A stretch of 64,000 nucleotides of DNA from positions 63,116,001 to 63,180,000 of the forward strand of contig OX597830.1 of NCBI GenBank assembly GCA_951406725.2, in the 5' to 3' direction. A program made the translations under genes and the position numbers. Shown piece after piece: positions 50,190 through 63,226 of this stretch. A model generated the notes under the pieces. That model ran no database searches, had not been told where the DNA came from, and saw only the letters and a program-made list of their open reading frames with translations. Position 1 is the stretch's first letter. The number at the start of each line of letters is the position of its first letter. This DNA comes from Octopus vulgaris (Eukaryota).

Positions 50190-50306
50190 TCAATGGACCT
50201 TCCCTTCACATTTTTGGATGGCATCTGCATTCTCAGCCATCATTCGGTCGGCTTTTTTCTTCTTCTTCTTTACACATTTCCGTTCAGCTGAACTTGCTAA
50301 AAGAGC
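50190..50306 (-). CDS. PA2G4: PA2G4/EBP1 last coding exon
   Basis: ALLASSAERKCVKKKKKKADRMMAENADAIQKCEGKVH-TGA matches the lysine-rich EBP1 tail; TTTCAG acceptor. Confidence 0.93.
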   Translation of the reverse strand, partial: ALLASSAERKCVKKKKKKADRMMAENADAIQKCEGKVH

Positions 50307-51998
50307 CTGAAATGGAAGGATAAAACAACTCTTGATGAACGAGTGGTTTGGAAGAGGGAAAGAATTCAAGTTTTAGCATGATGCTCTTTCCAGTGACCTA
50401 AACCTCACCCGTTTCCAAGCAAAGTCACAAATGCCCATGGCCAGACAGGTTCCCACAGAATATTGGAAATGAACAACATTGCTTTTATGGCTGTGGCAAT
50501 CACTTACAACCACCACACATTGTCTAGACAATGAGATACACAAACACACACACACACACACACTCAAATCCACTCTCTATCTTTGGTTGGATCAGAGGTA
50601 TAGTAGAAAACACTTGCCCAAGGTGTCATGCAATGGAACTGAACCTAGAACCATGTGGTAGGGAAGCGAGCATCTTGCCACACAGCCACACCTGAATTAA
50701 ACAGGCTTGTAACCATGTTGGTAATAACAAAAATATCCATCTCCACTTCAAACATTGGAACAAAAATAAAACAAAACTATGAGCTGTTGAAAATTTCATC
50801 TTTATAAACATATTTAGGTAGAAATAACTTTATTTTGTAGCTTTGAGATTTTGTTATTGTAATTATTTTTAGAATGACATTGTCAGATAGGTATAGACAT
50901 GGCATTTAAACCAGCCAAAATATTCTACTTGTTTAATGCTCAAACAGGCCATATCTGGTCTGTTACACCTACCCAACAATGTCATACTAACAGTATTTCA
51001 CATCATTGAAATCTCAAAACTAGAAGATAATGTATGATTAATTGAAGAGAATGTTAATAAACGAGCATTTCATTTAGAAGAAGAATCTGAAATGCTAAAC
51101 GAGTTAATTAAACAGGTCAGGATCAGGCCAATCATTTCAAGTTTGGAAACAGACATCTGAAGTTACATTCTCATTTCACAGTTGGCTAGCTGGATACCTG
51201 TTAACGAACTGATTGGGTAACCTGCTTCTTGGCTAGGCAAACATTAATAATATACCTAAACAGAACAGTAACAACACAAATACAAGACCTAGCTGTAGCT
51301 AACTCAGCCTTTTGATTTTTACTTGCCTGCCATCACCACTAGTTCTAATATAAACTTTTAATTGTAATACAACATTCCAGTTCTCTAGCTTTTAAACTGG
51401 CTATAATCAGGCTTGAATATGTTACTTGTTTTATGTACTAACCAGCCAGATCCTGCCTATCACACGTACCCTTCAGTACCACTATAAAATATACAATCAC
51501 ATCATCAAAACTTCAAAGCTACAAAAGAATGAATGATTAATTCAAAACAATATGAATTTTAAAAATTCCTTATATCTGACAGAATAATCTGAATGCTAAA
51601 AGGATAATAACGACAAAGCTATTCTATTAAATTCTTCGTTATTTTGAAAATTAATTGAAATATAAACCCATGTTGGATGCTAAACAGTCCAATACAGTGA
51701 ATTGTCATCGTCATCCTCCTCCTCCTCCTCATCATCATCACCGTTGTTTAACATTCACTTCCCATGCTGGCATGGGCTGGATGGTTTGAATGAGGACTGG
51801 TGAGCCTGAGGGCTGCACCAGTCTCTACAGCTGGTTGCCCTTCCTAACGCCAGCCACTCTGGGAGTGTAGTGGATGCTTTTATGTGCCACTGGCACGACG
51901 GCCAGTCGGGCAACGACCACATCAAACCAATATAAACCAAATATAACCCCCCCCCCCAAAAAAAAAACCCACCATAACAGAGACTGCAGATTACTCAC

Positions 51999-52126
51999 CT
52001 TCAACTTTTCATCAGTTACTGAATGTTCTGATTCATAAATAGAGCTATCAAAAGGCGGGTTGGTGATTTTCAATGGTCCGTTTGGCATTAATATTATAGT
52101 GAATTTAAACTGGGCAACAAACTCTC
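51999..52126 (-). CDS. PA2G4: PA2G4/EBP1 exon (128 nt)
   Basis: [43 protein letters not shown]; AG/GT boundaries. Confidence 0.96.
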
Positions 52127-53804
52127 CTGACAACAAATGAACAGAAAACAAAAACAATTTCAATTACAAAAGTTAACTTGAAGTTCCATGTCAGGCAGTG
52201 ATGGGGTCAGTCTAAGAAACTGGATGATCTGCGGCAAAGTCACTATATCGAAATAGTCCTTCCCTAATCGTACAATAGAAATATGGCCTCTGCTGCAAGA
52301 TGCAGAGAGGGCAACCTATATAGGAAAGCAGTAATTTTGAATAAAAACTGTGATAGTGTTGCGCAAAGGTAGCCGGGTATTCAGTTGTGAAAATCTGGCT
52401 CAAAGTGGAAGTAATAGATGGAAGAAATGTGAAATATTAAAAATTGTTTAGTCTTGTTAGAGAAAACTTCTCTAATGCCAGAGACAGGCTAAGATATACC
52501 ACAGCCAAAGCCATAAAATAGGTGGAGACAGGAAGTGCTTACAAGTCTAAAAATCTAATAAAAAATAAATTATTATGCCAGAGTGGAAAACCCTGCTTTC
52601 TATACTATATATTATAGCATTCAGTTGGATGGTTTCAATGGCTGGATGCCATTCCTACCCCCAAACACTTCGCAGAGTGTATTGGGTACTCTTTACATGG
52701 CCCTGGCACCATCGAGGTCACCAAGTAACTTGCAAGACAAGTTTGCTTGACAGAGCAGCGGCTGCAGTTATAAGAGAGCTGGCTCTGTGTCGGGTGTTGA
52801 GAGACCAAAAGTATTATAAAGAGAGGGGAACAGGTGTCTTGCTGCAGGAGATAAATGGCTACCACAGCTGAATGGTAAAGGTTTAAACCCTTTAGCATCT
52901 AAATTACTCTGGTGACTAGACTGCCATAATGGAGTCCTGAAAATATTGGTAATTATAGAAGAATCAACCTCCATCTCAAATGTTGAAAAAAAAAAAAAAA
53001 ATCAAATGTTAAAATTTCACAATATTAACAATCACAATTAGGTTGAAATGGCTTTATCTCACATTATCTTGAAGCTAAAGGATTTTTATGATGTGATACT
53101 TTCATCATCATCATCATCGTTTAATGTCCGCTTTCCATGCTAGCATGGGTTGGACAGTTCAACTGGGGTCTGGCAAGCCCGAAGGCTGCACCGGGCCAGT
53201 CAGATCTGGCAGTGTTTCTACAGCTGGATGCCCTTCCTAACGCCAACCACTCCGAGAGTGTAGTGGGTGATTTTATGTGCCAGACGAGGCTGGCAGACGG
53301 CCACGCTCGGATGGTGTTTTTTGATGTGCCACAGACACAGGTGCCAGACGAGGCTGGCAGACGGCCACGCTCGGATGGTGTTTTTTGATGTGCCACCGAC
53401 ACAGGTGCCAGACGAGGCTGGCAGACGGCCACGCTCGGATGGTGTTTTCTTATGTGTCACCGACACAGGTGCCAGACGAGGCTGGCGAACGGCCACTTTA
53501 ATTTTAGAATATTGTAGCATGGATGTGGGAGGCGAGTTATGATCAGAAAACAGGTAGCACCTGGTCCAGATACAACTGATTTATATGCTGAACAGTTGAG
53601 GCAAAATCTGAGTGTTTGTATTTAATAATACGAAATTTAACCAGTTCTTAACCATTGTCAACTGCAGACCATTTTGGCATTACTCCCTCAACAACACCTC
53701 TCTCTCCCATTAGTTTCAGATGTTTACAATAACAAGTCCTGAGTTAATTAAATGAAGACACAAAGTCTCTCTCTCTTCAATAAATCAGTAACAGAAATAT
53801 ATAC

Positions 53805-53899
53805 CTTCTTTTTCAAAAAGAACATTGTAAGGTTGCATCAACTCATGCTTGACACACTCCATTAATCCCATTTTAGCCTTCTTTTCATCTTCAAACAAT
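53805..53899 (-). CDS. PA2G4: PA2G4/EBP1 exon (95 nt)
   Basis: [31 protein letters not shown]; AG/GT boundaries, phases consistent. Confidence 0.96.
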
Positions 53900-55977
53900 C
53901 TGAAATACAACAATAACCAATTAGAGAGATAAAGGATCAATGAAGCACAAGGTCACACATAACCTCGTTAACAAATGGGAATTTAATTTTAAAACCCCAG
54001 AACAGTGGAATATAGGCACAAACCCATTTCATTCCAGTGTTCCACTAATTTAGCTCCTATGTAACCCCTTTTGACTCTTATCCTATTTCTACTAGATCAC
54101 ACTGCATTTGTCCCAGTTAATTTTTTAAATAATGAAAAATTTACTAAAATAACTCATTATTCATCAGATCTTTGAAACATAAACATGAACCTTAGATTAT
54201 TTTAAAACAGGAAAGTTTTGCCATAGAACCAGAGAAAGCTTCAGGTAGGTTAGTATCAGAGAGGTTAATTAGCTTTTAAAATATTTAGTTTTGTCACTAT
54301 AATGTACTATAGAATATATCAGCATGCATATTAGCCAACATTGAACCTAAAATATATTCATGAATGGAAAAAGAGGAAGAGTTGATGACATAAAATTAAC
54401 CACAGCTAATAATGACAAACTTTTAATGCCTAAATATTGTTAAACACACCTCTGCAAATGCAGTGTACTTAAGCAATTCACTTTAAATACAACGAACAAC
54501 CGGCAGTGAGACTGTTTTTAGCAGATCTCCAAATGGGGCTCATGGCAGGCAATGGGTTAATATGTAAGTGGCAGAGCACTCCACAGACACACATACCCAT
54601 AACAGAGTTCTCAGGCAGATTCAGCCTGACACACCGAATGTGACAAGCTGGCCCATTGAGGTACAGGTACAGCTCATTGATGCCAACAAAGTGGATTACA
54701 GCAATGAAAAAAAAAAAAAAAATATTGTTAAATAGGCGCAGGAGTGGCTGTGTGGTAAGTAGCTTGCTTACCAACCACACAGTTCTGGGTTCAGTCCCAC
54801 TGCGTGGCATCTTGAGCAAGTGTCTTCTGCTATAGCCTCGGGCCGACCAATGCCTTGTGAGTGGATATGGTAGACGGAAACTGAAAGAAGCATGTCGTAT
54901 ATGTGTGTGTATATATATATATATATATATGTATGCGTGTGTATATGTTTGTCCCCCCACCGTTGCTGGTGTGTTTACGTCCCCATCACTTAGCAGTTCG
55001 GCAAAAAGAGACCGATAGAATAATTACTGGGCTTCCAAAGAATAAGTCCTGGGGTCGATTTGCTCGACTAAAAGTGGTGCTCCAGCATGGCCACAGTCAA
55101 ATGACTGAAACAAGTAAAAGAGTAAAACACTGGTAATTATAGTTTCATAGTATAGGGGAGGTCAGGCCATTTGTATATTTTTACAGCTGAGTCATCATCC
55201 TCATCATTTAATGCTGGCGTGGGTTGGGTGGTTAGACAGGGGCTGTTCAGGTTACATGTCTGTTTGGCATGGTTTCTATGGCTGGATGCCCTGTGTATCA
55301 TTACTAAAATGTAAAGTGGGACATGGCTGTAATTTTAGTAGATTGGCATCAAAGCTAGCAGGACAGGGATCAATGACTCTGGTGTATTTGAACCATTTTG
55401 TTACTAAGTATCTATTGCACTGCTAGTCTTTTATTATTTTCCTTCAGTCATTTGACTGCGACCAAGCTGGAGCAGAGCCTTGAAGGGTTTTAGTCAAAGA
55501 AATTGCCCCCAAAACTTATCCTTTTGCAAGCCTAGTACTTATTCTATTCGTCTCTTTTACCAAGTTGCTAAGTTACGGCAACATAAACACACCAGCATCA
55601 GTTGCCAAGCAATGGTGGGTGTACACACACACAACAGGCTTCTTTCAGTTTCCACCTACCAAATCCATTCACAAGGCTTTGGTTGGCCCAAGGTGCCATG
55701 CAGTGGGGCTGAACCTTGAACCATGTGGTTGGGAAGCAAGCTTCTTACCACACAGCCACACCTGCGCTTGTTTGAATTAATTTTGAAAATGACTAAGAAT
55801 TTACTAAAATAACTTGTCGTTATTAAGGTGGTGATTAAAACACACATTGTGGTGAAAAATTCAATTTAAATAATTTTAAAATAGTTTGTAACATAAAACC
55901 AGGCGGATCGACCTCATAGGTTGAAACCTTTCATATCAACTTTCACTGACTGCCATAATATAATCCGAGTTACTTAC

Positions 55978-56029
55978 CGTACTGTGAAAGGCATCAGCCC
56001 ATATTTTTTATCAACTTCACTGAAAATTT
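55978..56029 (-). CDS. PA2G4: PA2G4/EBP1 exon (52 nt)
   Basis: QIFSEVDKKYGLMPFTVR; AG/GT boundaries. Confidence 0.95.
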
Positions 56030-57869
56030 CTAAAAGAGAAAAAAAAAAAAGGTCAAATTAAATTATATACACAATTTCACTAGAATCTTTTTTTTTTTTT
56101 TACAATCCATCCTATTTATATCAATACCAAACAATTTCATCCACGTCATTAATTTTACTGCCCCACAATACACTGACTTACAAAAATACTTTTTTGGAGA
56201 GGCTTATTTTGCTTTTAATTTTTTTCCAACATGGAGTGGGTTGTTATTGAGGCAGAAAAGGTAAATTTATCTACCTGGGTCATAAAAAACTCATAAAGGC
56301 CAGTTTCCTGGCCTCCATGGTGTATAAATTCTCCACCTGGGCAGGGCACCAGTCCATTGCAGCGTTACTCATTTTTGCCAGCTGAGCAATGTGAAACGAA
56401 GTGTTTTGGTCAAGAACACAGCGCATCAACACATCCAGGAATTGAAACCACAATTTTACAATCAGGGGTCCAACACCCTAACCACTAAGCTACACACCTC
56501 CACTATTGAAGCAGAATCTACTAAACTCCAGTTTCCCCCTTCCCCACCCCTCACCAAGATGGTGGTGGTGGTTGTGAAGGCCTGTCACAATCCTTTTTTA
56601 AAACCGCCAATATTGTGTACAATATTGGGAGTAGGAGTTTTAGTTACAGATGAGTGCCCTTACCATCATCTATTGACCTGCACTATCAGAGACAACCTGG
56701 TTTCTGATTTATGCACAAGTCCAGTAATTTTGAGGGGAATTATTAAGCAGATAGCATTAACCCCAGGGCTCGGCTGACATTTTATTTAACTGACCCCAAC
56801 AGGAAAGTCATGGTAGGTTTGAACTCAGAATGTAAAAAGTTGAAATAAATACTATAAGACATTTCTAATGATTCTAGCAATCCACCATCTTGAAATAATT
56901 TCTAACATTGACAAAAAAGTTACCAATTTTGAAAAATGTAGTAAAGGGTAGTAAATAAAATTACCCCAGGGTGTTATTGATACCTAACCAGTAGCAGTTG
57001 ATCATTGAGAGACTGGCACTTCTATTTCTCCAGCCACCAGTGTAACTAAAAAGCAATCTGCCAGTCCACAGAAGAAGCATGAAGATGTGGTATGAACTTG
57101 TAGTCTTCAAACTGGTTGTCACTCAGTTACAAATGACAACAGACATTAATTTCACAACTGTTTCAGTTCATCAATGGCCAGAAATTCTTAGTTGTCGACC
57201 CATCAAACATATACGCACAACATTTACAAATTTATACCTTCAATGTCGTCGGCGTTATCAGCATCAGCTGCTGTTGCCGCCGACACAAACCACCATCTAA
57301 TGCCCACTTTCCCAAGCTTGCATTGGTCAGAGTTCACTGTGGCAAATTTTATCTATCTGGATGCTCTTCCTGTTTCTAAGGGCCAGAAATATTTATGCAG
57401 AATATTGAAAAGGAATGACATTCATTTACAACAATTACACAATAGTAAAACAAAGAGATACAAACACACACACACACACGTGTGTGTGTGTGTGTTTAGA
57501 AATCACATAATTGTAAATAAGCATCAACATCATCATACAGGCAAGGTTGTTTGCTTCTAGTTTTCTGCAAAAAACATGTCTAGCTATGGGAAAGTGTTAG
57601 CCTGGTTGGAAACAGGTGATGGTTGGTGACAGGAAGGGCATCTGGCCATAGAAAAATCTACCTCAATAAATACAATGCAAGCATGGATAGTTATAACAGA
57701 AGACACCAAGTGACAGTGTCCATGAAGTGGATGGGAAACCAACCTTAAACTGTGTGGTTCTGAAGCAAACTTCTGAACCACACGGCCGTGCCTACCTTTG
57801 TCATGAAAGTTTGATGTTCAACCCAATGAGTCATGTGGGTAAATTTCTAATTTAAAAACAAAAACTTAC

Positions 57870-57948
57870 GGCGAGAGACTCTCATCTTCAATTGGTAAAT
57901 CGCATCTTTTTTCTTGTAGATTGTCGTCCTTGTGTCAACTTCTTTTCC
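57870..57948 (-). CDS. PA2G4: PA2G4/EBP1 exon (79 nt)
   Basis: GKEVDTRTTIYKKKDAIYQLKMRVSR; AAG acceptor, GTAAGT donor. Confidence 0.95.
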
Positions 57949-59077
57949 CTTTAAAATAAAATATTACAATTGTAATAATTGCTTTTTCAATGAAATGGAC
58001 TCGACACAAACCTCTTCAGACCTAATCCTGATATATCACAAAAATTTGCAGGTGGTGCTATTAAGTTAGACATGGCCTGGGCCAATAATGGCCGAAACTT
58101 ATCAAAGTATCAAAGTATAAACAGCACCATTGGTTTCTGGTTTCCAATTATTGGTTAACTGCACTAATGGTGGTGAGTGTTAGGGGATTATCTAGCTAAC
58201 ATGGACAGAACAAATATCACAAGAGATTTGTATTTGAAAGCCCAAGTGAATCGGTTTTCATATTTATCTTGATAATCACACACAATCTCATCATTTTATA
58301 TCCACTTTCCATGTTGGTATGGACTGGAGTATTGCCATGGTCCCAGTCAGTCAGTCAAATTTACTGCCCACCTATCAAACTGGGGTTAGGCAACAAAAAA
58401 AACAAAAAACAAAAACGGATTGGCCCAAGATACTGCACAATGAGATAATGTTACACAGGCACAGTTGTGGTTAAGAAGTATGCTTCCAAACCACATGGTT
58501 AGGTGTTCAGTTCCATTGCATGACACCTTTGGCGAATGCTTTCTATTATAGTTCTGAGGCAACAAAAGCCCTGTACGTGGATTTTGTAGATGGAAAGTAA
58601 AAGAGATGTATGTGAGTGTCTCCTTGTCTTGAACTCACATGAAAGTTGTAAATGAGTACCACTGTCATTCATTTCCAATAGTCTACAACAAAATCATATC
58701 TGACCATAGAAAATGCATCAAACTGTCCAACCCACACAAGCACGAAAAAGTGGACCTTAAAATGATGATGATATTCATATCTCTCTCTTTCTCTCTGTGC
58801 CCTTCTGTTGATTGTAGCTACTGTAGAGTGATCTCCAAACCAGAACCATGGTGAAGATTTACATAATGGAGAATCTTTGACCTGCTCCAGCTGGCCACTT
58901 TAACCAGTCTACTTCAAATGCTGATAGTCACATTTGTACTAGAAAAGGTTAAATTTAAACTTAAACTACACACCATTTTCTCTCACTAAATATATTACAA
59001 AGAAATCGATGACTGCTTCGTTGAAAGAACAGCCAAACCTCTCTCAAAGTGCATCTTAGAGTCTTTAAAATAATAAT

Positions 59078-59122
<45 letters not shown>

Positions 59123-59499
59123 GAATGATTCTTAGGAAGGCCATCTAGCTGTAGAAACCATGTCAAAGCAGGCTCTGGAGCCTGATGCAGCCTTCTGACT
59201 TGCCAGCCACTGTAGAATTGCTCAAGCCATGCCAGCATGGAAAATGGACATTAGATGGTGATGGTGCTGATGATGATGATAATGGATAATGCAATCTTAG
59301 AACCCAATGTCCAAATATACAGCAGGAAGGTCATGGCTCAACAGCAATGATGACCATCTTTTGACCTAATGAATCAGTTATTTTCAAGCTTCTTCGGGAC
59401 TTCATAAGAACAGGATGATAGCCTTCACTACAAGACATCACAGAAAACAACATTTCTCTCCGCATTATATAATTGCAAATCGTAAGACCAAGTATTTAC

Positions 59500-59578
59500 C
59501 TTTCCTTCACCAGTGCTGACTAAAATATCAATGGCATACACATCATGCACTTCAAATTCACATTTCTCGTGATCTTTC
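59500..59578 (-). CDS. PA2G4: PA2G4/EBP1 exon (79 nt)
   Basis: KDHEKCEFEVHDVYAIDILVSTGEGK; AG/GT boundaries. Confidence 0.96.
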
Positions 59579-61574
59579 CTACACAAAAGAAATTGAACAA
59601 AAAAAAAGAATATATATAAAAAAAAGGTTACGGATGTAAAAAAGAAAATTAAAAGAAACAAAAAGTCTAGTTTAACATTTAAAATCTTCACAAACAGATT
59701 AAGTGTTTGTGCAAAATGAAATAAAAAATCCTACTTATATATGCCTGATATTTATAAGCTTAGAAACGAAGACTTTTATGAACATTTTTTTAAAACCCTT
59801 TTGATACCAACTCACTTGAGTTTACCCTTGGTTATGGGACGCAAACTTCCCAATTTAAATTAATTTAACCCTTATGTTACCAAACCAGCTCTGGTTCTTG
59901 TTTCCATAAGTTTTGAATTAAAATCTTCCACTAAACTTTAGCCAAAATTTTTTATGTTCCTAAAACTAGCTTAATGATAAGTTATTTTACTAAATTCTTC
60001 GTTAGATTTAAATTAATTGAAAGGAAACAGAGCATTTCAAAATAAATACAGTAACGAAAAGGTTAAATAATCTAATCTGATTTGCCCATGAAATTTTCAT
60101 GTTTATTTATGTTTTAAACAAAAGCTTCTTTAACCCTTTATCAAAGCAGCCCACATATTCAACCTGTTTAGGTGCAAACCATCCAGATCTGGCCTTTCAC
60201 ACTTTCCCTACAATGTTATTCTACAAACAAACAATTTCATCGCTAAAACCTCAAAAGTTATATGATAATGCATAATTAATTTAAAACAACGTGAGAAAAA
60301 AAACACAGGTAACATTTGACTGAATAACATCATCATTGTTTAACATCTGCCTTCCATGCTGGCATGGGTGGGACTACATGAATGACAAAGCTATTTCACC
60401 AATTCTTCACTATTTTCACAAGTGAAACAAGGCAACAGAATGTATATAAACAAATTAACATTTGTTTTTTTGATAAGCATTGAAATGTGTATTTTATGAT
60501 ACAATTAGTTAATAATTAGTTTCAAAGCAGAAACACCGTTAGAAACAGAAAAAATATTGGTAACAAAATGGTTTTAAATAATTCCACCACTTTTTGAAAT
60601 TACACTGGGTACCATGAATGGTTCCACAGACTGAGATATAGCAGTTTTGAGGTTTACTGCCAATGCATTAGATGAATTCATCATCATCATCATCATTTAG
60701 CATCCGCTTTCCATGCTAGCATGGGTTGGACGGTTCAACTGGGGTCTGTGAAGCCAGAAGGCTGCATTAGGCCCAGTCAGATCTGGCAGTGTTTCTACGG
60801 CTGGATGCCCTTCCTAACGCCAACAACTCCGTGAGTGTAGTGGGTGCTTTTTACATGCCACCAGCACGGGGGCCAGGCGAGGCTGGCGACGGCCACGAAC
60901 GGATGGTGCTTTTTACGTGCCCTGTTCGACATTTTCTCTCAATCTTAAACCTTTTGTTACAATATTTCTGTTGAAATACATTGCCTGTTTAAGAAAATTT
61001 GAAAATAATGAAGAATTTATGAAAGTATCTCTCTTGTTATTAAGTGTTTGGAACATCTAAGTAACATGAAATTTTGATGGAAGGTTTTTAATTTGATTCA
61101 AGTTTGCATCATAGAACCAGGACAGACACAGACAAGGTGCTATCTTACCAACCACATGGTTCTGGGTTCAGTCCCATGCGTGGCACCTTGGGCAAGTATC
61201 TTCTACTATAGCCTAAAGCTGACCAAAGCCTTGTGAGTGGATTTGGTAGACGGAAACTGAAAAAAGCCCACCGTATATGTATGTGTGTGTGTCTGTCTGT
61301 GTTGTGTTTGCTCCCCCAACATTGCTTGACAACCGATGGCGGTGTGTTTACGTCCCTGTAACTTAGCGGTTCGGCAAAAGAGACTGATAGAATAAGCCTT
61401 GGGGTTGATTTGACTGCATGGCTGCAGTCAAATGAGTGAAACAAGTGAAAGAGAGTCATAATTCAAACTGTTTTGGTAGTCCAATGCTACCAAGACCCTG
61501 CCTAGGAATTCAAGCCTCACCAACAATATTGGTTCTGTATCATCATAAATTCCTTTCGGAAATGCATCACTTAC

Positions 61575-61653
61575 CTTTGGGCATCTGTAGGGTTCAAAAT
61601 GATGGCCTTCTCACCATCAATCACATGCTTCTTTAGCTGATGTGATAACATCC
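61575..61653 (-). CDS. PA2G4: PA2G4/EBP1 exon (79 nt)
   Basis: [27 protein letters not shown]; AG/GT boundaries. Confidence 0.96.
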
Positions 61654-63162
61654 CTGCAATAAAAGGTCACAAAATTAGGGGATCCAGACATTTTGGGATG
61701 ATGATATTGTCAAGATAAGATTAACATTGAAATATTTGGTTCCATGTGTGCGTGAATAGAATCAAGGTGTTTGGAAAGATGAAACAGCTACATAGGAAAA
61801 AGGATGCAATCAGGATGACATTTACTCCCTGGTAAATTGGGGTTAATTTACCTTAGCTTAAGAAAAAAGAAACGCCTAGCTTCTTCCTTACAACTACTTC
61901 CACAATGGGTGAATGGCCTGCAAGTGGTTGAAGAGGTTAAAAGGAACTGCAGTTCCATCACACACTTGTAATACTAACATTGACAAATGGTTAATAACCT
62001 ATTTATTACTAACTATTACAACAACAATCAGAGACTCTCTGGACCATTGAAGAAGATAGAGAAGTGCCTCTCTAGCGTGCAGTCTAACCCGAACCTAGAT
62101 CAGGTCATTTCACAGCATAAGCTATAGACAGCAGAGTGCATGCTGAAGTAGCACCAACAGAGGACTCTTAATTTTGATGAATAGAAGATGGCGAATCACA
62201 CATGGACTCTTGTAAGTGCCATTGTTGAGAGAGGAGAGGATGGAGAAGAGGATAATGGAAAGTCGTCTTCTTTCAGTAAAAAGGTTCAGCGATCATCATA
62301 GTGGAACATATTTTTACATTAATGATGGACTAATATATATATATATAATATATATATATATAATAATGATGGACTAATATATCAATCACTACACACATCC
62401 TCAACTATTGTCCAATCACGGGAAAAAAAACTGGTTCTTCAAAAAATATGACAAAATATACGTGAGGGAATATCTACCACTTCAACCCATGAGCAAAGTC
62501 AGAAGACCAAATTAAGTGAATAACTAAATGGGGGGTTTGGAACTGCATTGCTTTTCAGGATATTAGCACCATTCTACAAAAGGATACAGTGGAGATGTCA
62601 ACATATAAACAGTTGAAAATATTGCCATTTTTCCCTGCTGAAACCAATAAATTGTTGTTAATCCCATATCAGGACTGATTGACATACACCTCCATCGTGA
62701 CTGAACACCTGGATATTACTGCATTGAGTCCCAAAACTCATAGGGCTGATTATCTAATTTCCACAGCATATAAGTGGGTGAGATAGCAAGATTTTCCCCT
62801 GGATGGGATGCCAATCCATTGCTGGGTTACCCCATTACAGCTGAGTGGACTGGGGCAATGTGAAATGAAGTGTCTGGCTCAAGAACACAATGCACCACCC
62901 AGTCCAGGAATTGAAACCACAATCTTCTGGTTGTGAATGCAACACCCTAGACTACACGAGTCTCTGCTCTAATTTTAAACCTATAGCTACATTATCCAAT
63001 AAGAATTTTCCCTTTCAAGCCAGACAGGTGCAATTTGAGGAACTCCAGCTCCTATATCTAGCAGACCCAGCAACAGCACTGAGGCTCCCCCAGCCGACTC
63101 CTATATATTTAGCAAAGTGAAAGACTGATAAATAAGGTGTAAAAAGCCATCAAAGTATTTAC

Positions 63163-63226
63163 CTTCAACAGGTTTACACTTGAAAGATTCAGCTACCTTC
63201 TGGATGGCATCAGTGACAGTATAATT
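63163..63226 (-). CDS. PA2G4: PA2G4/EBP1 exon (64 nt); upstream exons lie outside the window
   Basis: NYTVTDAIQKVAESFKCKPVE(G); AG/GT boundaries. Confidence 0.94.
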
